The translations under genes and the position numbers were made by a program. Source: Candidatus Altimarinota bacterium (lineage in GTDB: Bacteria; Patescibacteriota; Gracilibacteria; CAIRYL01). From it: a stretch of DNA of 64,000 bases. Numbering within the stretch: position 1 is the first letter of the stretch; each line of letters starts with the position of its first letter. The notes beneath the pieces are model-generated. The model did not search any database. It worked only from the letters and a program-made list of their open reading frames with translations, and had not been told where the DNA came from. The stretch spans positions 352,001-416,000 of the forward strand of contig OZ252287.1 in the NCBI GenBank assembly GCA_965250085.1. Reading direction: 5' to 3'. Positions 27,669-38,336 of the stretch are shown piece by piece.

Positions 27669-27934
27669 AAGTTTTAAAGTATAAAGTGTGTTATTTTAAA
27701 ATATTTATTATGTATTAGTCAATCAATTTCTAAGAGGCTTTTTCCCTACATTATATCACATTGAAAGGAAAAAAAGAACTCTTTTCCCTCGCATTAATGA
27801 GAGTTTCATTGTACTTCGAAAACTGAAAGAGAAGCAATTTTTTTTCTCGTGAAAAAGGTTACTAAAAAAACATTTTTGAGATTTCACAGATTGGATAAAC
27901 CGATCACAATATCGGCGGTACCTTATTTAAAGTC

Positions 27935-28966
27935 ATGTCTTTCAAATCTCTTCTTCCGGTGTTTATAGGGGTGCTCTTTTCGGGAGGATTTTATATATTC
28001 CATTCTGCACGTATCTCCAGTACAGAAGAGACTTTGCACTGCTCTCTTGAAGAAAATGGAGAAGAATCTCCACACTGCTCTTTTGAAGAAAGAGAAGGAG
28101 AAACAACAACACAGGTTCAAACTCTTGGGAGAATTTCTCCCGAACTTCTTCTGAGTGGAGGTCCTCCAAAAGATGGAATTCCCGCTCTTGATAATCCTGC
28201 TTTTGACAATATTGAGCAGACACCGTTTTCTGATAAAGAGCTTGTTGTGGGAGTCTATCTGAATGATGAAGCCAGGGCGTATCCGTATGGGATTTTAAAT
28301 TGGCATGAAATTGTAAATGACCGCATTGGTGATACTCCCATCAGTGTCACCCTTTGTCCGTTATGTGATACAACTCCTGTGTTCATCCGCAAGGTGAACG
28401 GACAAGAAACAACATTTGGAGTGTCTGGAAAACTCTTTCAGAGTTGTCTGGTCATGTATGACCGACTGACCGATAGTTTATGGAGCCAGCCTTGGGGGAT
28501 GGGCATTATGGGACCACAAACCAATGAAGATCTCACCAGAATCCCCGCGGTCAAAACCACATTGGGAGCATGGAAGAAGCAATATCCAGAAACAAAAGTA
28601 CTCTCTCTTGAAACGGGATACAATCGCGATTATTTCAGGTCTCCTTATGGCAGTTACGCCACTGATGAAACTCTGATTTTTCCGATCAGAAATCAAGAAT
28701 CAAGATCTGGTCATCCCAAAAACATTGAATCATATATCTGGAGAGCAGATGACAGTCAGCATCCAAAAAACACCTTCTTTGGTGACTCTCAGCATGTTTT
28801 GCATACTGAAGCGAAAGAAAAAGGAGAAATCAAATTTATTTTTCAAGGACAAGAAACTTTCGCCCGATGGGATGATGAACTCCAAACCGTTCGATTTTTT
28901 CAAAATGAAGAAGAAATTCCTTCGAGTACTGCCTTTGCGTTTGTGTATCCTGCCTTTTTTGAATAG
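27935..28966 (+). CDS. DUF3179-domain protein, N-terminally anchored
   Basis: GGPPKDGIPALDNP, ARAYP..ILNWHEIVND, CPLC, FGVSGKL, MYDRLTDSLWSQ. Confidence 0.9.
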   Translation: MSFKSLLPVFIGVLFSGGFYIFHSARISSTEETLHCSLEENGEESPHCSFEEREGETTTQVQTLGRISPELLLSGGPPKDGIPALDNPAFDNIEQTPFSDKELVVGVYLNDEARAYPYGILNWHEIVNDRIGDTPISVTLCPLCDTTPVFIRKVNGQETTFGVSGKLFQSCLVMYDRLTDSLWSQPWGMGIMGPQTNEDLTRIPAVKTTLGAWKKQYPETKVLSLETGYNRDYFRSPYGSYATDETLIFPIRNQESRSGHPKNIESYIWRADDSQHPKNTFFGDSQHVLHTEAKEKGEIKFIFQGQETFARWDDELQTVRFFQNEEEIPSSTAFAFVYPAFFE

Positions 28967-29027
28967 CAGTTCCTCTTCTCCCCTTATCAAGGGGAGAGAT
29001 GTCTCCTTCCTCCTTTAAAAAAGGGGG

Positions 29028-29774
29028 CTAGTCTTCGACTCTGAATGTTTCCATAAGTTCTTTTGCAAACTGCCTCGCTTTTTTTCCTACAATAAAATCA
29101 AAGTGTTGAAAATGATCGTGATGCACTACTTCTAGTTGGAGAGGCGTTGTTATACTTGGTGTTTGATTGAGAGGAGGAACAACATTATCTTCTTCTGAAA
29201 CATGGCAAGTAACAGAAACATCCTGCAAAAATATTTCATTTAGGCTTCGAAGGAATTCAGAGTCTGGAGATACCTGCTGCACCATTTCACCCATTCTCAA
29301 GAATGAGCCCACTCTTGCTTGTGGTGTCCCTCGGAAGGGGGTGGCAAGAGCTACAAGTCCGGCAACATCTTGTATATTTCGCTGTGTTTCAAGTCCGATA
29401 AGCCCTCCAGTGCTATGCCCTATAATTGTAAGGTCTTCATTTTTTTCATGATCCCTGAAGATTTGTTCAATTTTTTCTCGCAACTTCTCTGCAGAGACTC
29501 TTATATCATCCGTATTCCATCGAGAAAATATTGGAGCATAAGCAACATTGTGTTTGTCTCTTAAAAAATCTCCCAGTTCTTTCATGGTCCTTGGCAATGA
29601 ACAAATTCCATGAACCATGAGAAGGGTTGATGCATTGTTACCGTGTTCAAAATTATCTTGAGGAGCTGGTCCAACTTCTCGTAATCTTTGCAGAGCATGC
29701 CCCTTTAAATATGAAGGGGTTACGAGAGCTTTGAGAGCTGTTGCCATTGGACTATCTTCGGAGTGAAGCTTCAT
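29028..29774 (-). CDS. Alpha/beta hydrolase (lipase/esterase-like)
   Basis: LMVHG, IIGHSTGG, LATPFRGT, DNVVPP and a C-terminal His. Confidence 0.85.
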   Translation of the reverse strand: MKLHSEDSPMATALKALVTPSYLKGHALQRLREVGPAPQDNFEHGNNASTLLMVHGICSLPRTMKELGDFLRDKHNVAYAPIFSRWNTDDIRVSAEKLREKIEQIFRDHEKNEDLTIIGHSTGGLIGLETQRNIQDVAGLVALATPFRGTPQARVGSFLRMGEMVQQVSPDSEFLRSLNEIFLQDVSVTCHVSEEDNVVPPLNQTPSITTPLQLEVVHHDHFQHFDFIVGKKARQFAKELMETFRVED

Positions 29775-29960
29775 ATCAGAAAAATCTAGATTATATTTTT
29801 ATCATAAAGCAATAAATACGTCAAATAATGCCTTTTTTATTCCTGCACCGCATCAAATGCAGTATAAACTCCAGCAAAAATTTAGTTTTAGAAAGCTAAG
29901 CTGGATTTCGAATCACTTCGACTTCGCTTAGTGCGGGCAAATTCGGGATGACGAATCGGA

Positions 29961-30035
29961 TGGTGGGTGAGGTGGGGGTCGAACCCACGGCCAATGGCTT
30001 AAGAGGCCACTGCTCTACCACTGAGCTACTCACCC
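29961..30035 (-). tRNA. tRNA-Lys (CTT), encoded CCA
   Basis: GGGTGAGTAGCTCAGTGGTAGAGCAGTGGCCTCTTAAGCCATTGGCCGTGGGTTCGACCCCCACCTCACCCACCA. Confidence 0.96.
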
Positions 30036-30156
30036 AAAAACGGAAAAAAGTCTAAAGTAAAATATTTAGCGACTCAATGTCTTTTTTCCCATTTATAATT
30101 TATCTCTCAGGATTTACAATCCTTGAGGATTTTGTAATTCTCTCTATTTTTCAAAC

Positions 30157-31311
30157 TTGACTCCTCAGGTTCATATCGGCATTGATGCCCGCATGTACTC
30201 CAAAAGCTTCACTGGTATTGGAAGATATACTCATGAACTCACCAAACATTTGTTTGTGCTCAGGCCAGAATGGCACTTTACACTCTTTTTGGCACCTCAG
30301 GAATATGAAGCATTTGATCCCCCGTCACTCAATGTAGACAAGGTGTTATCTCCAGAAAAACATTACTCCTTTGCAGAACAAACTTCATTTTGGACAAAAA
30401 TTTCTCGACAAAAGTTTGACCTCTTTCATTTTCCGCATTTCAATGCTCCCCTGCTCTATGCAGGCAAAACAATTGTCACTATTCATGATCTGACTATTTC
30501 ATTTTTTCCCGGAAAAAAGAAGACATCTTGGCTGGATAAAGCGGGATACAAACTGGTGGTTTCTGACATCGTCAAAAAATCCAAAAAAGTAATTGCTGTC
30601 TCTGAAAATACTAAAAAAGACCTCCAAAATATCCTCAAAGCTCCAGAAGAAAAAATAGCAGTGGTTTGGAACGGCCTTGGAGCAGAGTTTTTGAGAGAGG
30701 AGCAAAACGTTGAGCAAGTTAAATCTCTCTTTGGGAAACTCAAAAAAAAGCATGAAATCGAATATCCATACTTCTTGTACACTGGAGTACATCGCGAGCA
30801 TAAGAATGTAGTGGGAATGATTAAGGCATTTGAGAAATTTCTCAAAAAACGTCCAAACGTTCAATTGGTCATTACCGGAAAAGAAGATCCATATTACCCT
30901 GAAATTAGAGAAGAAATTGAGAAAAGCAGTCTCCAAAACAATGTCAAAACAGTGGGCCTTGTCTCTGAAAATGAGCTCAAGACACTGTTTTATCATGCTC
31001 ATACATTTGTGTTTCCGAGCTTCTATGAAGGATTTGGCCTTCCTCCACTCGAAGCGATGGCGATGGAGATACCAGTTGTAGCGTCAAATGCCAGCTCCAT
31101 ACCAGAGATCTGCGCAGATGCAGCAGAATATTTTGACCCAAAAAATATTGATGATATTGCAGAAAAAATGACAAAAGTATTTAGTGATACAAAAAGAAGA
31201 AATGAACTCAGGGAAAAAGGAAAAAAGCGAATACAGTTCTTCTCATGGAAACGAATGGCAGAAGAAACCATAAAAGTATATGAAGAAGTACTTTTTCCAG
31301 AAGCAGATTGA
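30157..31311 (+). CDS. Glycosyltransferase family 4 (GT-B)
   Basis: IDAR..TGIGRY, VTIHDL, HKN, FPSFYEGFGLPPLEAM. Confidence 0.93.
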   Translation: MTPQVHIGIDARMYSKSFTGIGRYTHELTKHLFVLRPEWHFTLFLAPQEYEAFDPPSLNVDKVLSPEKHYSFAEQTSFWTKISRQKFDLFHFPHFNAPLLYAGKTIVTIHDLTISFFPGKKKTSWLDKAGYKLVVSDIVKKSKKVIAVSENTKKDLQNILKAPEEKIAVVWNGLGAEFLREEQNVEQVKSLFGKLKKKHEIEYPYFLYTGVHREHKNVVGMIKAFEKFLKKRPNVQLVITGKEDPYYPEIREEIEKSSLQNNVKTVGLVSENELKTLFYHAHTFVFPSFYEGFGLPPLEAMAMEIPVVASNASSIPEICADAAEYFDPKNIDDIAEKMTKVFSDTKRRNELREKGKKRIQFFSWKRMAEETIKVYEEVLFPEAD

Positions 31312-31459
31312 AAGCAGAAAGTAAAAAATTTGCAAAAGCCCCCTTGATAAAATGGATTTTTTCTCCTCCCTTGAAAAGGGAGGCTGGGTGGATTTATTCT
31401 ATGAGAAATGAGATACCTGCTTTCGCAAGTACAAACTTTACAAACTTTTGACTTAATTT

Positions 31460-31771
31460 ATGCAACGTCTTAGTGATATATTGCCCAAAATAACAGCTCG
31501 CTATCAACTTGATGAGAGCGCTACTGCCAGTCAGATATTAGAAGTTGCGGAACAATATCTCAAAGAAATCTTTGACGAAGACAATGTTGGAAGAGAAAAA
31601 AATATATTTCCCCAAAAACTCAAAAATGGTGTCCTGTTTTGCGAGGTCTCTTCCTCCGGGTGGAATCATAGCCTCTTTCTTAAAAAAGAAGATGTGCTGA
31701 GTCATCTCAAATCACAGTTTCCAAGCTGTACCATTACTGATATTCGAGGAATTGTAAAAGGTGTTCATTAG
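31460..31771 (+). CDS. DUF721/DciA-family protein
   Basis: LSDIL start, LKNGVLFCEVSSSGW..L, ITDIR. Confidence 0.7.
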   Translation: MQRLSDILPKITARYQLDESATASQILEVAEQYLKEIFDEDNVGREKNIFPQKLKNGVLFCEVSSSGWNHSLFLKKEDVLSHLKSQFPSCTITDIRGIVKGVH

Positions 31772-31828
31772 AGGTATTTCTCTTTGAGATAAATAGTATT
31801 TTTTAATTTACAATTCTCTTTTTAACGA

Positions 31829-33901
31829 TTACATCCCTCTCTCGGTTTTGATCTTCTCTGCTACATTGGTCGGTACTTTGTCATAGTGTCCAAACTCCAT
31901 GCTATAACTCGCACGTCCCTGACTCATAGAGCGCAGATCGGTAGCATATCCAAACATTTCTGCAAGAGGCACCTGTGCTTTGATCACCTTGGCGGTTCCC
32001 CGATCAGTCATTTCATCTATTTTGCCACGCTTGGAGTTGAGATTGCCCATCACATCTCCCATGTAGTCTTCTGGAGTCACCACTTCTACCGCCATTATCG
32101 GCTCAAGAAGTACTGGACTTGCTGTTTTTGCACCGTTTTGAAATGCAATAGATCCAGCGGCTTTAAATGAAAATTCTGAAGAATCCACATCATGATATGA
32201 CCCGTCATACAGTTCTACCTTGATATCCACCATGGGATATCCAGCAACCACACCTTTTTGCATCGCCTCTTTTACCCCTTTGTCCACTGGACTAATAAAT
32301 TCATTCGGAATTTTTCCCCCTTTAATAGTGCTTTCAAATTCGTATCCTTTGCCCGCTTCATTTGGCATGAGCTTCATGAGTACATGGCCATATTGTCCAC
32401 GACCACCGGTTTGCTTGGAATACTTTTCTTCAACGTTTACCTCTTTTTGAATCGTTTCTCTATAGGCTACTTGAGGCTTTCCAATATTTGCTTCGACTTT
32501 AAATTCACGCTTCATTCGATCCACGATGATGTCCAGATGCAATTCTCCCATTCCAGAAATAATGGTTTGAGCGGTTTCTTCATCAGTATACACACGAAAA
32601 GTGGGGTCTTCCTCAGAGAGCTTTTGGAGTGAAAGTCCCATTTTTTCCTGATCAGCTTTTGTCTTTGGTTCAACGGCAATAGAAATCACTGGCTCAGGAA
32701 AGGTCATCTCTTCTAAAGCGATTGGAGACCCTTCTACACAAAGCGTATCACCTGTACGAATATCTTTCATTCCGACAATAGCGCAAATTCCACCTGCTTG
32801 AACCTCTTTGACTTCTTCACGACTATTGGCATGCATGATCACGAGTCGCCCTACACGTTCTTTGTTTCCAGAACGTGTATTGGAGATATATGAGCCCGAT
32901 TCGAGCTTTCCAGAATACACTCGAAAAAAAGTAAGCTTTCCAATGAATGGATCGGTTGCAATCTTGAATGCCACTCCCGCCATTGGGTCATTTGCATCTG
33001 GTTTTCGAGTTTCTTCTTCATCTGTTTTTGGATTTTTTCCCGTAATTCCTCCCACATCTACAGGAGAAGGAAGATATGCTATTACGGCGTCCAAGACGAG
33101 TTGCACTCCTTTGTTCTGCAAGGCTGTTCCGCACATGACAAGATATGCTTCATTGGCAATTACGCTTGCCCGAAGTCCTTTTTTAATATCTTCTACACTG
33201 AGCTCTTCACCTCCAAGGTACTTCTCCATAATAGATTCTTCATGACTGGCTGCTGCTTCGATCATTTTTTCACGATATTCCTCTACTTTGCCTTCCATAT
33301 CGGCCGGAATATCTATCTCGACTATTTTTTCTCCCTGTGATCCTTCAAAGGTATAGGCTTTCTTTTCTACAAGGTCTACGACTCCTTTGAAGTCAGCCTC
33401 TGCTCCGATAGGCAACTGAATCGCTATTGCATTGGGTGACAGTCGCTCGTGGATAGAATTGAGTGACATATAAAAATCTGCCCCGGTCTTGTCCATCTTG
33501 TTTACAAATGCAATTCTCGGAACGCCATATTTATCGGCTTGTCTCCACACCGTCTCAGATTGAGGTTCTACTCCCTGTGATCCATCAAATACCGCAACCC
33601 CTCCATCGAGTACACGCAGAGAGCGCTCTACCTCTACGGTGAAGTCCACGTGACCAGGAGTATCAATAATATTGATATCAGTCCCCTTCCAGTTACAAAA
33701 TGTTGCAGCAGAAGTAATGGTGATTCCTCTTTCTTTTTCCTGTTCCATCCAGTCCATCTGCGACTCTCCATCATGTGTTTCCCCAATTTTATGGGTTCGT
33801 CCTGTGTAAAACAAAATACGTTCGGTCACTGTTGTTTTTCCCGCATCAATATGTGCGATAATTCCAATGTTTCGAAGTTTGGTAAGGTCTGCGTCTGCCA
33901 T
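31829..33901 (-). CDS. fusA: Elongation factor G
   Basis: [45 protein letters not shown]. Confidence 0.99.
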   Translation of the reverse strand: MADADLTKLRNIGIIAHIDAGKTTVTERILFYTGRTHKIGETHDGESQMDWMEQEKERGITITSAATFCNWKGTDINIIDTPGHVDFTVEVERSLRVLDGGVAVFDGSQGVEPQSETVWRQADKYGVPRIAFVNKMDKTGADFYMSLNSIHERLSPNAIAIQLPIGAEADFKGVVDLVEKKAYTFEGSQGEKIVEIDIPADMEGKVEEYREKMIEAAASHEESIMEKYLGGEELSVEDIKKGLRASVIANEAYLVMCGTALQNKGVQLVLDAVIAYLPSPVDVGGITGKNPKTDEEETRKPDANDPMAGVAFKIATDPFIGKLTFFRVYSGKLESGSYISNTRSGNKERVGRLVIMHANSREEVKEVQAGGICAIVGMKDIRTGDTLCVEGSPIALEEMTFPEPVISIAVEPKTKADQEKMGLSLQKLSEEDPTFRVYTDEETAQTIISGMGELHLDIIVDRMKREFKVEANIGKPQVAYRETIQKEVNVEEKYSKQTGGRGQYGHVLMKLMPNEAGKGYEFESTIKGGKIPNEFISPVDKGVKEAMQKGVVAGYPMVDIKVELYDGSYHDVDSSEFSFKAAGSIAFQNGAKTASPVLLEPIMAVEVVTPEDYMGDVMGNLNSKRGKIDEMTDRGTAKVIKAQVPLAEMFGYATDLRSMSQGRASYSMEFGHYDKVPTNVAEKIKTERGM

Positions 33902-34131
33902 AGAAAGAAAAAATGATCCTCAAAAAATTCCAGCAGATTGTACGCGAAAAGGGTTTTAGTGTCGAGAGAAATTTAAAGATTATTCCTCCCTTGCAAAGGG
34001 AGGTGAGGTGATCAATACGATGAGACAGGGGGGGATAAAAATTTGTATTTACAAAGTGACACACAGATAGTTTTTCTGACTTACTGGTTCACAGTTCCTT
34101 TTCAGTTTTCAGTCACAGGCCGCGCTCCCAC

Positions 34132-34878
34132 TTATTCTTCCGAATCTTCTGTAAAACCTAAAAACTTCAAAAGATTTGCTTTAGTTTCATCATCCAATTT
34201 AATAGCCAGTATTTCATCTTTTGTTGGAAGTGAATCATTCTCTTTAAAGTGAGTTCTTAAAGCTTCCATACACAATATAATAAGTGATTTTTCAATTTTA
34301 GGTGTACCGAGTACAGGACCCGTATTATATCCCAATAGACACAAAAGGCTGTATTGATCACTCTCATTAAGCAGTGATGAGGTCAGTATGGCTTTCAACT
34401 CTGGCCAAGCATCGTTGTCCTCATACCAACCAACCAAGAAAGTCATTTCTCTTTCATCATTATGTTGATGTGACAAAAGCCTATAATTCAATGTTAAATA
34501 ATGAAACAATGGATGCTCTCCTGAGAGCTTGCTCGGATCGACACGAGAATTGAGCAACAAATTGATTTTCCATCGGGGTATTTTTAAACTTGTGTTTTCA
34601 AATAAAAATTTGATCATTTCCGGATTTGTATCTCCTTCTTTGCAATCTAAAATAATTTGTAATTTTTGAAGCACTGGTTCCACTTTTTCTTCCACTTTTT
34701 GAGCAATACTACTACCCACTATCTCATGAGCATCTGAATCAGAAATACTATTTTCTCTCAATATCTCCTCTGCTATACGCCTTACCTCAGTATCTAATCC
34801 AGAAAAATCAACAGTTATTTCTCCTGTAGCATGTCTTATTTTTACTAATTTTGAGTCGGTTTCTTGTGGAGTTGCCAT
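34132..34878 (-). CDS. Hypothetical protein
   Basis: 248 aa ORF with its own promoter. Confidence 0.7.
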   Translation of the reverse strand: MATPQETDSKLVKIRHATGEITVDFSGLDTEVRRIAEEILRENSISDSDAHEIVGSSIAQKVEEKVEPVLQKLQIILDCKEGDTNPEMIKFLFENTSLKIPRWKINLLLNSRVDPSKLSGEHPLFHYLTLNYRLLSHQHNDEREMTFLVGWYEDNDAWPELKAILTSSLLNESDQYSLLCLLGYNTGPVLGTPKIEKSLIILCMEALRTHFKENDSLPTKDEILAIKLDDETKANLLKFLGFTEDSEE

Positions 34879-34906
34879 ACTACCAGATGGTAAAGAATAA
34901 GATTGT

Positions 34907-34934
34907 ATTATAATGGGGGGAAAATAAAAAGCAA
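34907..34934 (-). promoter_or_regulatory. Sigma70-like promoter of orphan 34132-34878
   Basis: TTGCTT-16 nt-TATAAT on the minus strand. Confidence 0.55.
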
Positions 34935-35036
34935 CTTTTTTAAAGCCCCCTTGATAAAGGGGGTTGAGGGATTTATATTGTCACAAAACTTTCAACTTTT
35001 CACTTTCAACTTTTTTATTCTGAGTAATATCGAAAA

Positions 35037-35696
35037 ATGACTCACAGAATCTGTATTCCCATCCGCGCCAATACTCTTTCCAATTTTCTGAAGAAAATTG
35101 GAGAGGCTTCAAGAAAAGCAGATATTTTAGAGCTTTGGCTCGATGGAATTGAGCACGAGCTTGATTGGGAGAAAATTTTTGCTCTTAAAAAAACCGAGTA
35201 TTTGCTCAATCTTAAAACAAAGAAGGAAAATGGGAGTTTTGTCGGCACACATGAGAAAAGATTTCAAATCGTATCGGAAGGAGTGCGATATGGAGCCAAA
35301 TATGTGGATCTGGACTACGAATTTCCTGAATTATTGATCAAAAAATTTATTCAAGAAAAAGGCAGTACAGAACTTATATTATCAGTACATTTTTTTCAAA
35401 AAACTCCGGATTTTCATGAACTCCTGAGCCTCGCTTATAAAATGAAAAATCAGGGGGCGGATATTATAAAAATTGCCACCATGGCAAACGAAGAACAGGA
35501 TGTGGACACTATTTTGAAACTCTCTGAGCAACTCAAGCATGATGATATCAGACATATCTCTCTTGCCATGGGAGAACTGGGCACGTCTTCACGCACTCAG
35601 ACTCATTCAGAAATAGTCTTTGCAGCACTGAATGAAAAAGAAAAGACTGCGCCAGGACAAATCACTATAGAGGGGCTCCTTCATTTGAGAAATTAG
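35037..35696 (+). CDS. aroD: Type I 3-dehydroquinate dehydratase (divergent)
   Basis: ADILELWLD, ENGSF, YVDLD, ILSVHFFQKTP, GADIIKIA, AMGELG..SR, TAPGQI. Confidence 0.85.
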   Translation: MTHRICIPIRANTLSNFLKKIGEASRKADILELWLDGIEHELDWEKIFALKKTEYLLNLKTKKENGSFVGTHEKRFQIVSEGVRYGAKYVDLDYEFPELLIKKFIQEKGSTELILSVHFFQKTPDFHELLSLAYKMKNQGADIIKIATMANEEQDVDTILKLSEQLKHDDIRHISLAMGELGTSSRTQTHSEIVFAALNEKEKTAPGQITIEGLLHLRN

Positions 35697-36327
35697 CTCT
35701 CAAAAATTCCTTCACCTCACCCATCGCTTTCCCTCGATGAGAAATCTGGTTTTTTTCTTCGGTGCTGAGCGCAGCGTATACTTTGTTTGATCCGTCGGCA
35801 CGAAAGACTGACGAAATAGGAATCCCAGGAAGGAGATCACACTCGGGTTCATCAAGAATCTCACCCCAAGTTTCTCCGCGAAACTGTTTTCTGCTTTCAA
35901 GACCTTCCCCCCAGATAATAGTCGGTACACATACAAATTTGGCACGCTTATTGCCTTCTTGTTTCATGCGCCTGAGAAAATAGGTCAACCACTCTTCATC
36001 ACTCGCATCTTCTCCTGCTCCCCAGCGCCTGGTATGGACCCCGAGTTCATTTTGCAAGGCTTCTACTTCAATACCAGAGTCTTCTCCCATGGTGATCATT
36101 CCTGTTTTTTTGTAGAAGTGCTCAGCTTTGATCAGTGAATTTGCTTCATATGTTTCACCATTTTCTTCTGTATCATTTTTATATCCTAAATCTGAAAGGG
36201 ACACAAAATCTATATCTTTGAGTTCTCCAAGTACCTCCATGATTTCGCGGTATTTCCCTTGATTGCCGGTAGCGATGAGGATGCGAGTTATAAAAAAGAA
36301 AGTAAAAAGTTTGTAAAGTGATTGCAA
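35665..36327 (-). CDS. rdgB: Non-canonical purine NTP pyrophosphatase (HAM1/RdgB); start uncertain
   Basis: ATGNQGK..E, ETYEANSLIKA, EDSGIEVEAL, EKNQISHRGKA. Confidence 0.9.
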   Translation of the reverse strand: MQSLYKLFTFFFITRILIATGNQGKYREIMEVLGELKDIDFVSLSDLGYKNDTEENGETYEANSLIKAEHFYKKTGMITMGEDSGIEVEALQNELGVHTRRWGAGEDASDEEWLTYFLRRMKQEGNKRAKFVCVPTIIWGEGLESRKQFRGETWGEILDEPECDLLPGIPISSVFRADGSNKVYAALSTEEKNQISHRGKAMGEVKEFLRANFSNEGAPL

Positions 36328-36400
36328 AGTAATCAGTTGTAAAGTTGTCAGTTGTCAGTAATTACAACTGACTACTGACTCACTTACTCCTGACAACTTC
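36293..36400. repeat. Degenerate heptamer arrays in inverted arrangement (AGTTGTC / TGACAAC type)
   Basis: agttgtaaagttgtcagttgtcagt ... caactgactactgactcacttactcctgacaact. Confidence 0.7.
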
Positions 36401-36404
36401 ATTC

Positions 36405-37412
36405 TTATCCATATTGCTCCTTCCGAAACTCCTCTGACTTGTCCGCACATCCCTTCACCCAGTCTTGGTTTTGTTTATACCACTCTATCGTTCCATCTAT
36501 CCACACTTCAAATGGATGTTCTGGTTCCCATCCCAGTTCATTGTGTATCTTATCTGGATTCATCGCGTATCGGCGATCATGTGCCAGACGATCTTCTACA
36601 AATGTAATAAGACTTTTTGGTTTTTTGAGTTTTTCGAGCAGTATTTCCGTAATCTCCAGGTTTGTTTTTTCATTATGTCCGCCAATGTTGTAGATCTCCC
36701 CCGGAGTCCCCTTGTGGAGTACGAGGTCAATTGCCCGACAGTGATCCTTGACATACAGCCAGTCTCGGACATTTTTGCCATCACCATAGAGCGGAAGTGA
36801 CTCATCATTGATCGCTCGGAAGAGAAAAAATGGAATGAGCTTTTCCGGATATTGATACGGACCATAGTTGTTGGTGCACCGGGTGATCATCACCGGGATG
36901 TTATACGTCTCAAAATATGACCGGACAAAGATATCAGCCGCCGCCTTGGAGGCTGCATATGGGCAGTTGGGCTCCAACGCGGTGTTTTCCATAAAATACG
37001 TATCTACAGTATCTCCTAAGTCTCCATAGACCTCATCTGTAGATATCTGCAGATATCTTTTGACTTCATATTTTTTGACACATTCCAGCAGGTTATGAGT
37101 CCCCATGACATTGGTTTCCAAAAATATTCGTGGACCAATGATAGATCTGTCCACATGCGTCTCTGCCGCAAAATTGACCACCATATCTGGCTGGAAGTTC
37201 TCAAATACTTCTTCCAGTTTTTTTGCATCTGCAATATCTCCCTGGATAAATTCTATTTTGTCTTCGGCAGACTTCAAATTCTCCAAATTTCCCGCATATG
37301 TCAGCGCATCATAGACCAGAATTGTATAATCCGGATATTTCTCTACAATGTGATGCACAAAATTGGATCCGATAAATCCTGCACCGCCAGCGATAAGAAG
37401 TTTGTGGGACAT
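36405..37412 (-). CDS. rfbB: dTDP-glucose 4,6-dehydratase
   Basis: GGAGFIG, LTYAGN, AAETHVDRSI, STDEVYG, YAASK, NNYGPYQYPEKLIP, HDRRY. Confidence 0.96.
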   Translation of the reverse strand: MSHKLLIAGGAGFIGSNFVHHIVEKYPDYTILVYDALTYAGNLENLKSAEDKIEFIQGDIADAKKLEEVFENFQPDMVVNFAAETHVDRSIIGPRIFLETNVMGTHNLLECVKKYEVKRYLQISTDEVYGDLGDTVDTYFMENTALEPNCPYAASKAAADIFVRSYFETYNIPVMITRCTNNYGPYQYPEKLIPFFLFRAINDESLPLYGDGKNVRDWLYVKDHCRAIDLVLHKGTPGEIYNIGGHNEKTNLEITEILLEKLKKPKSLITFVEDRLAHDRRYAMNPDKIHNELGWEPEHPFEVWIDGTIEWYKQNQDWVKGCADKSEEFRKEQYG

Positions 37413-37582
37413 AAGCTACTTTCTTCCCCCTTGAAAAGGGGGATAAGAGGGGGGGGTATTGTATTTGGTTTTTCTGAAGAAGAGACAAACAATTTCTGTA
37501 TAATTCTAAACCCACCCAACCTCCCTTTTCAAGGGAGGAGTGAAGTGATGATACGGGTGTTTTTATTTACGGAAAAGAGGTT

Positions 37583-38239
37583 TTAACTCAACACTGGAAG
37601 TAGGTCCTGCCTCCTTTCTTGATTTGGAGTTTGTAATTGTTCGCCAAAGTACTCTTCTAGTGCCGTCAGTAGCAACTCTCTTAATCGTTCTACAGGTTCG
37701 GTAACGGCTTCTTGCATGGTACGTAAAAATGCTTTTTGTGCATAAGGATCAGATCGGAGTGTTTCGAGACCATTTTCATCACCAAAACGGGATATGTTAC
37801 GCATTGCTCTTCTCGTCGCATTTGTCACCCAACTTCTACATAGTTCAGGGTCACGTACAAAGCGAGCAGTGTGGTCAGACCAGTATATTTGTTCTCTTGA
37901 TTCCGCTAAATCACTCTTTCCCTTGTCCAGATCTGTTTCATCAATAATTCCCATTTTGTACAATATACAAGTGGCTTCTTGTAATACGTCAAGGCTAATG
38001 CCGTGGGTACAACCAATTCTCTTGTCCTGAATTTCTCGATTACACTGTGGAACATCTGGCGCTTCATGTGCATAAAGACAGGTACTGACGCGAATTTGCT
38101 CTATTGTTTGATAGAACTCACGAAGCGATACGTCTGCTAATTTTGGACATGATGTAAAAACGACCATCTTTTGAATAGGGTCTAATAATTCAAGTACAGG
38201 CGTATCTCGTGAAACATCGGTAGGACTTCTTTGAAGCAT
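37583..38239 (-). CDS. Hypothetical protein (start probably ATG 38239)
   Basis: Long ORF between rfbB and priA; TTGACA upstream. Confidence 0.65.
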   Translation of the reverse strand: MLQRSPTDVSRDTPVLELLDPIQKMVVFTSCPKLADVSLREFYQTIEQIRVSTCLYAHEAPDVPQCNREIQDKRIGCTHGISLDVLQEATCILYKMGIIDETDLDKGKSDLAESREQIYWSDHTARFVRDPELCRSWVTNATRRAMRNISRFGDENGLETLRSDPYAQKAFLRTMQEAVTEPVERLRELLLTALEEYFGEQLQTPNQERRQDLLPVLS

Positions 38240-38336
38240 ATGAAAATAGTTGATTTTCAATGTGAATAATAAACTTTACTTTATATTTGTCAAATAGAAA
38301 CTCTTTTGCTTTTTCTTTACAATACAAAGGAAACAC

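Noticed and set aside
28037-28100. 36-bp tandem duplication in the DUF3179 linker (HCSLEE / HCSFEE)
   Set aside because: Real, but most simply a local linker duplication unrelated to the mobile repeat families
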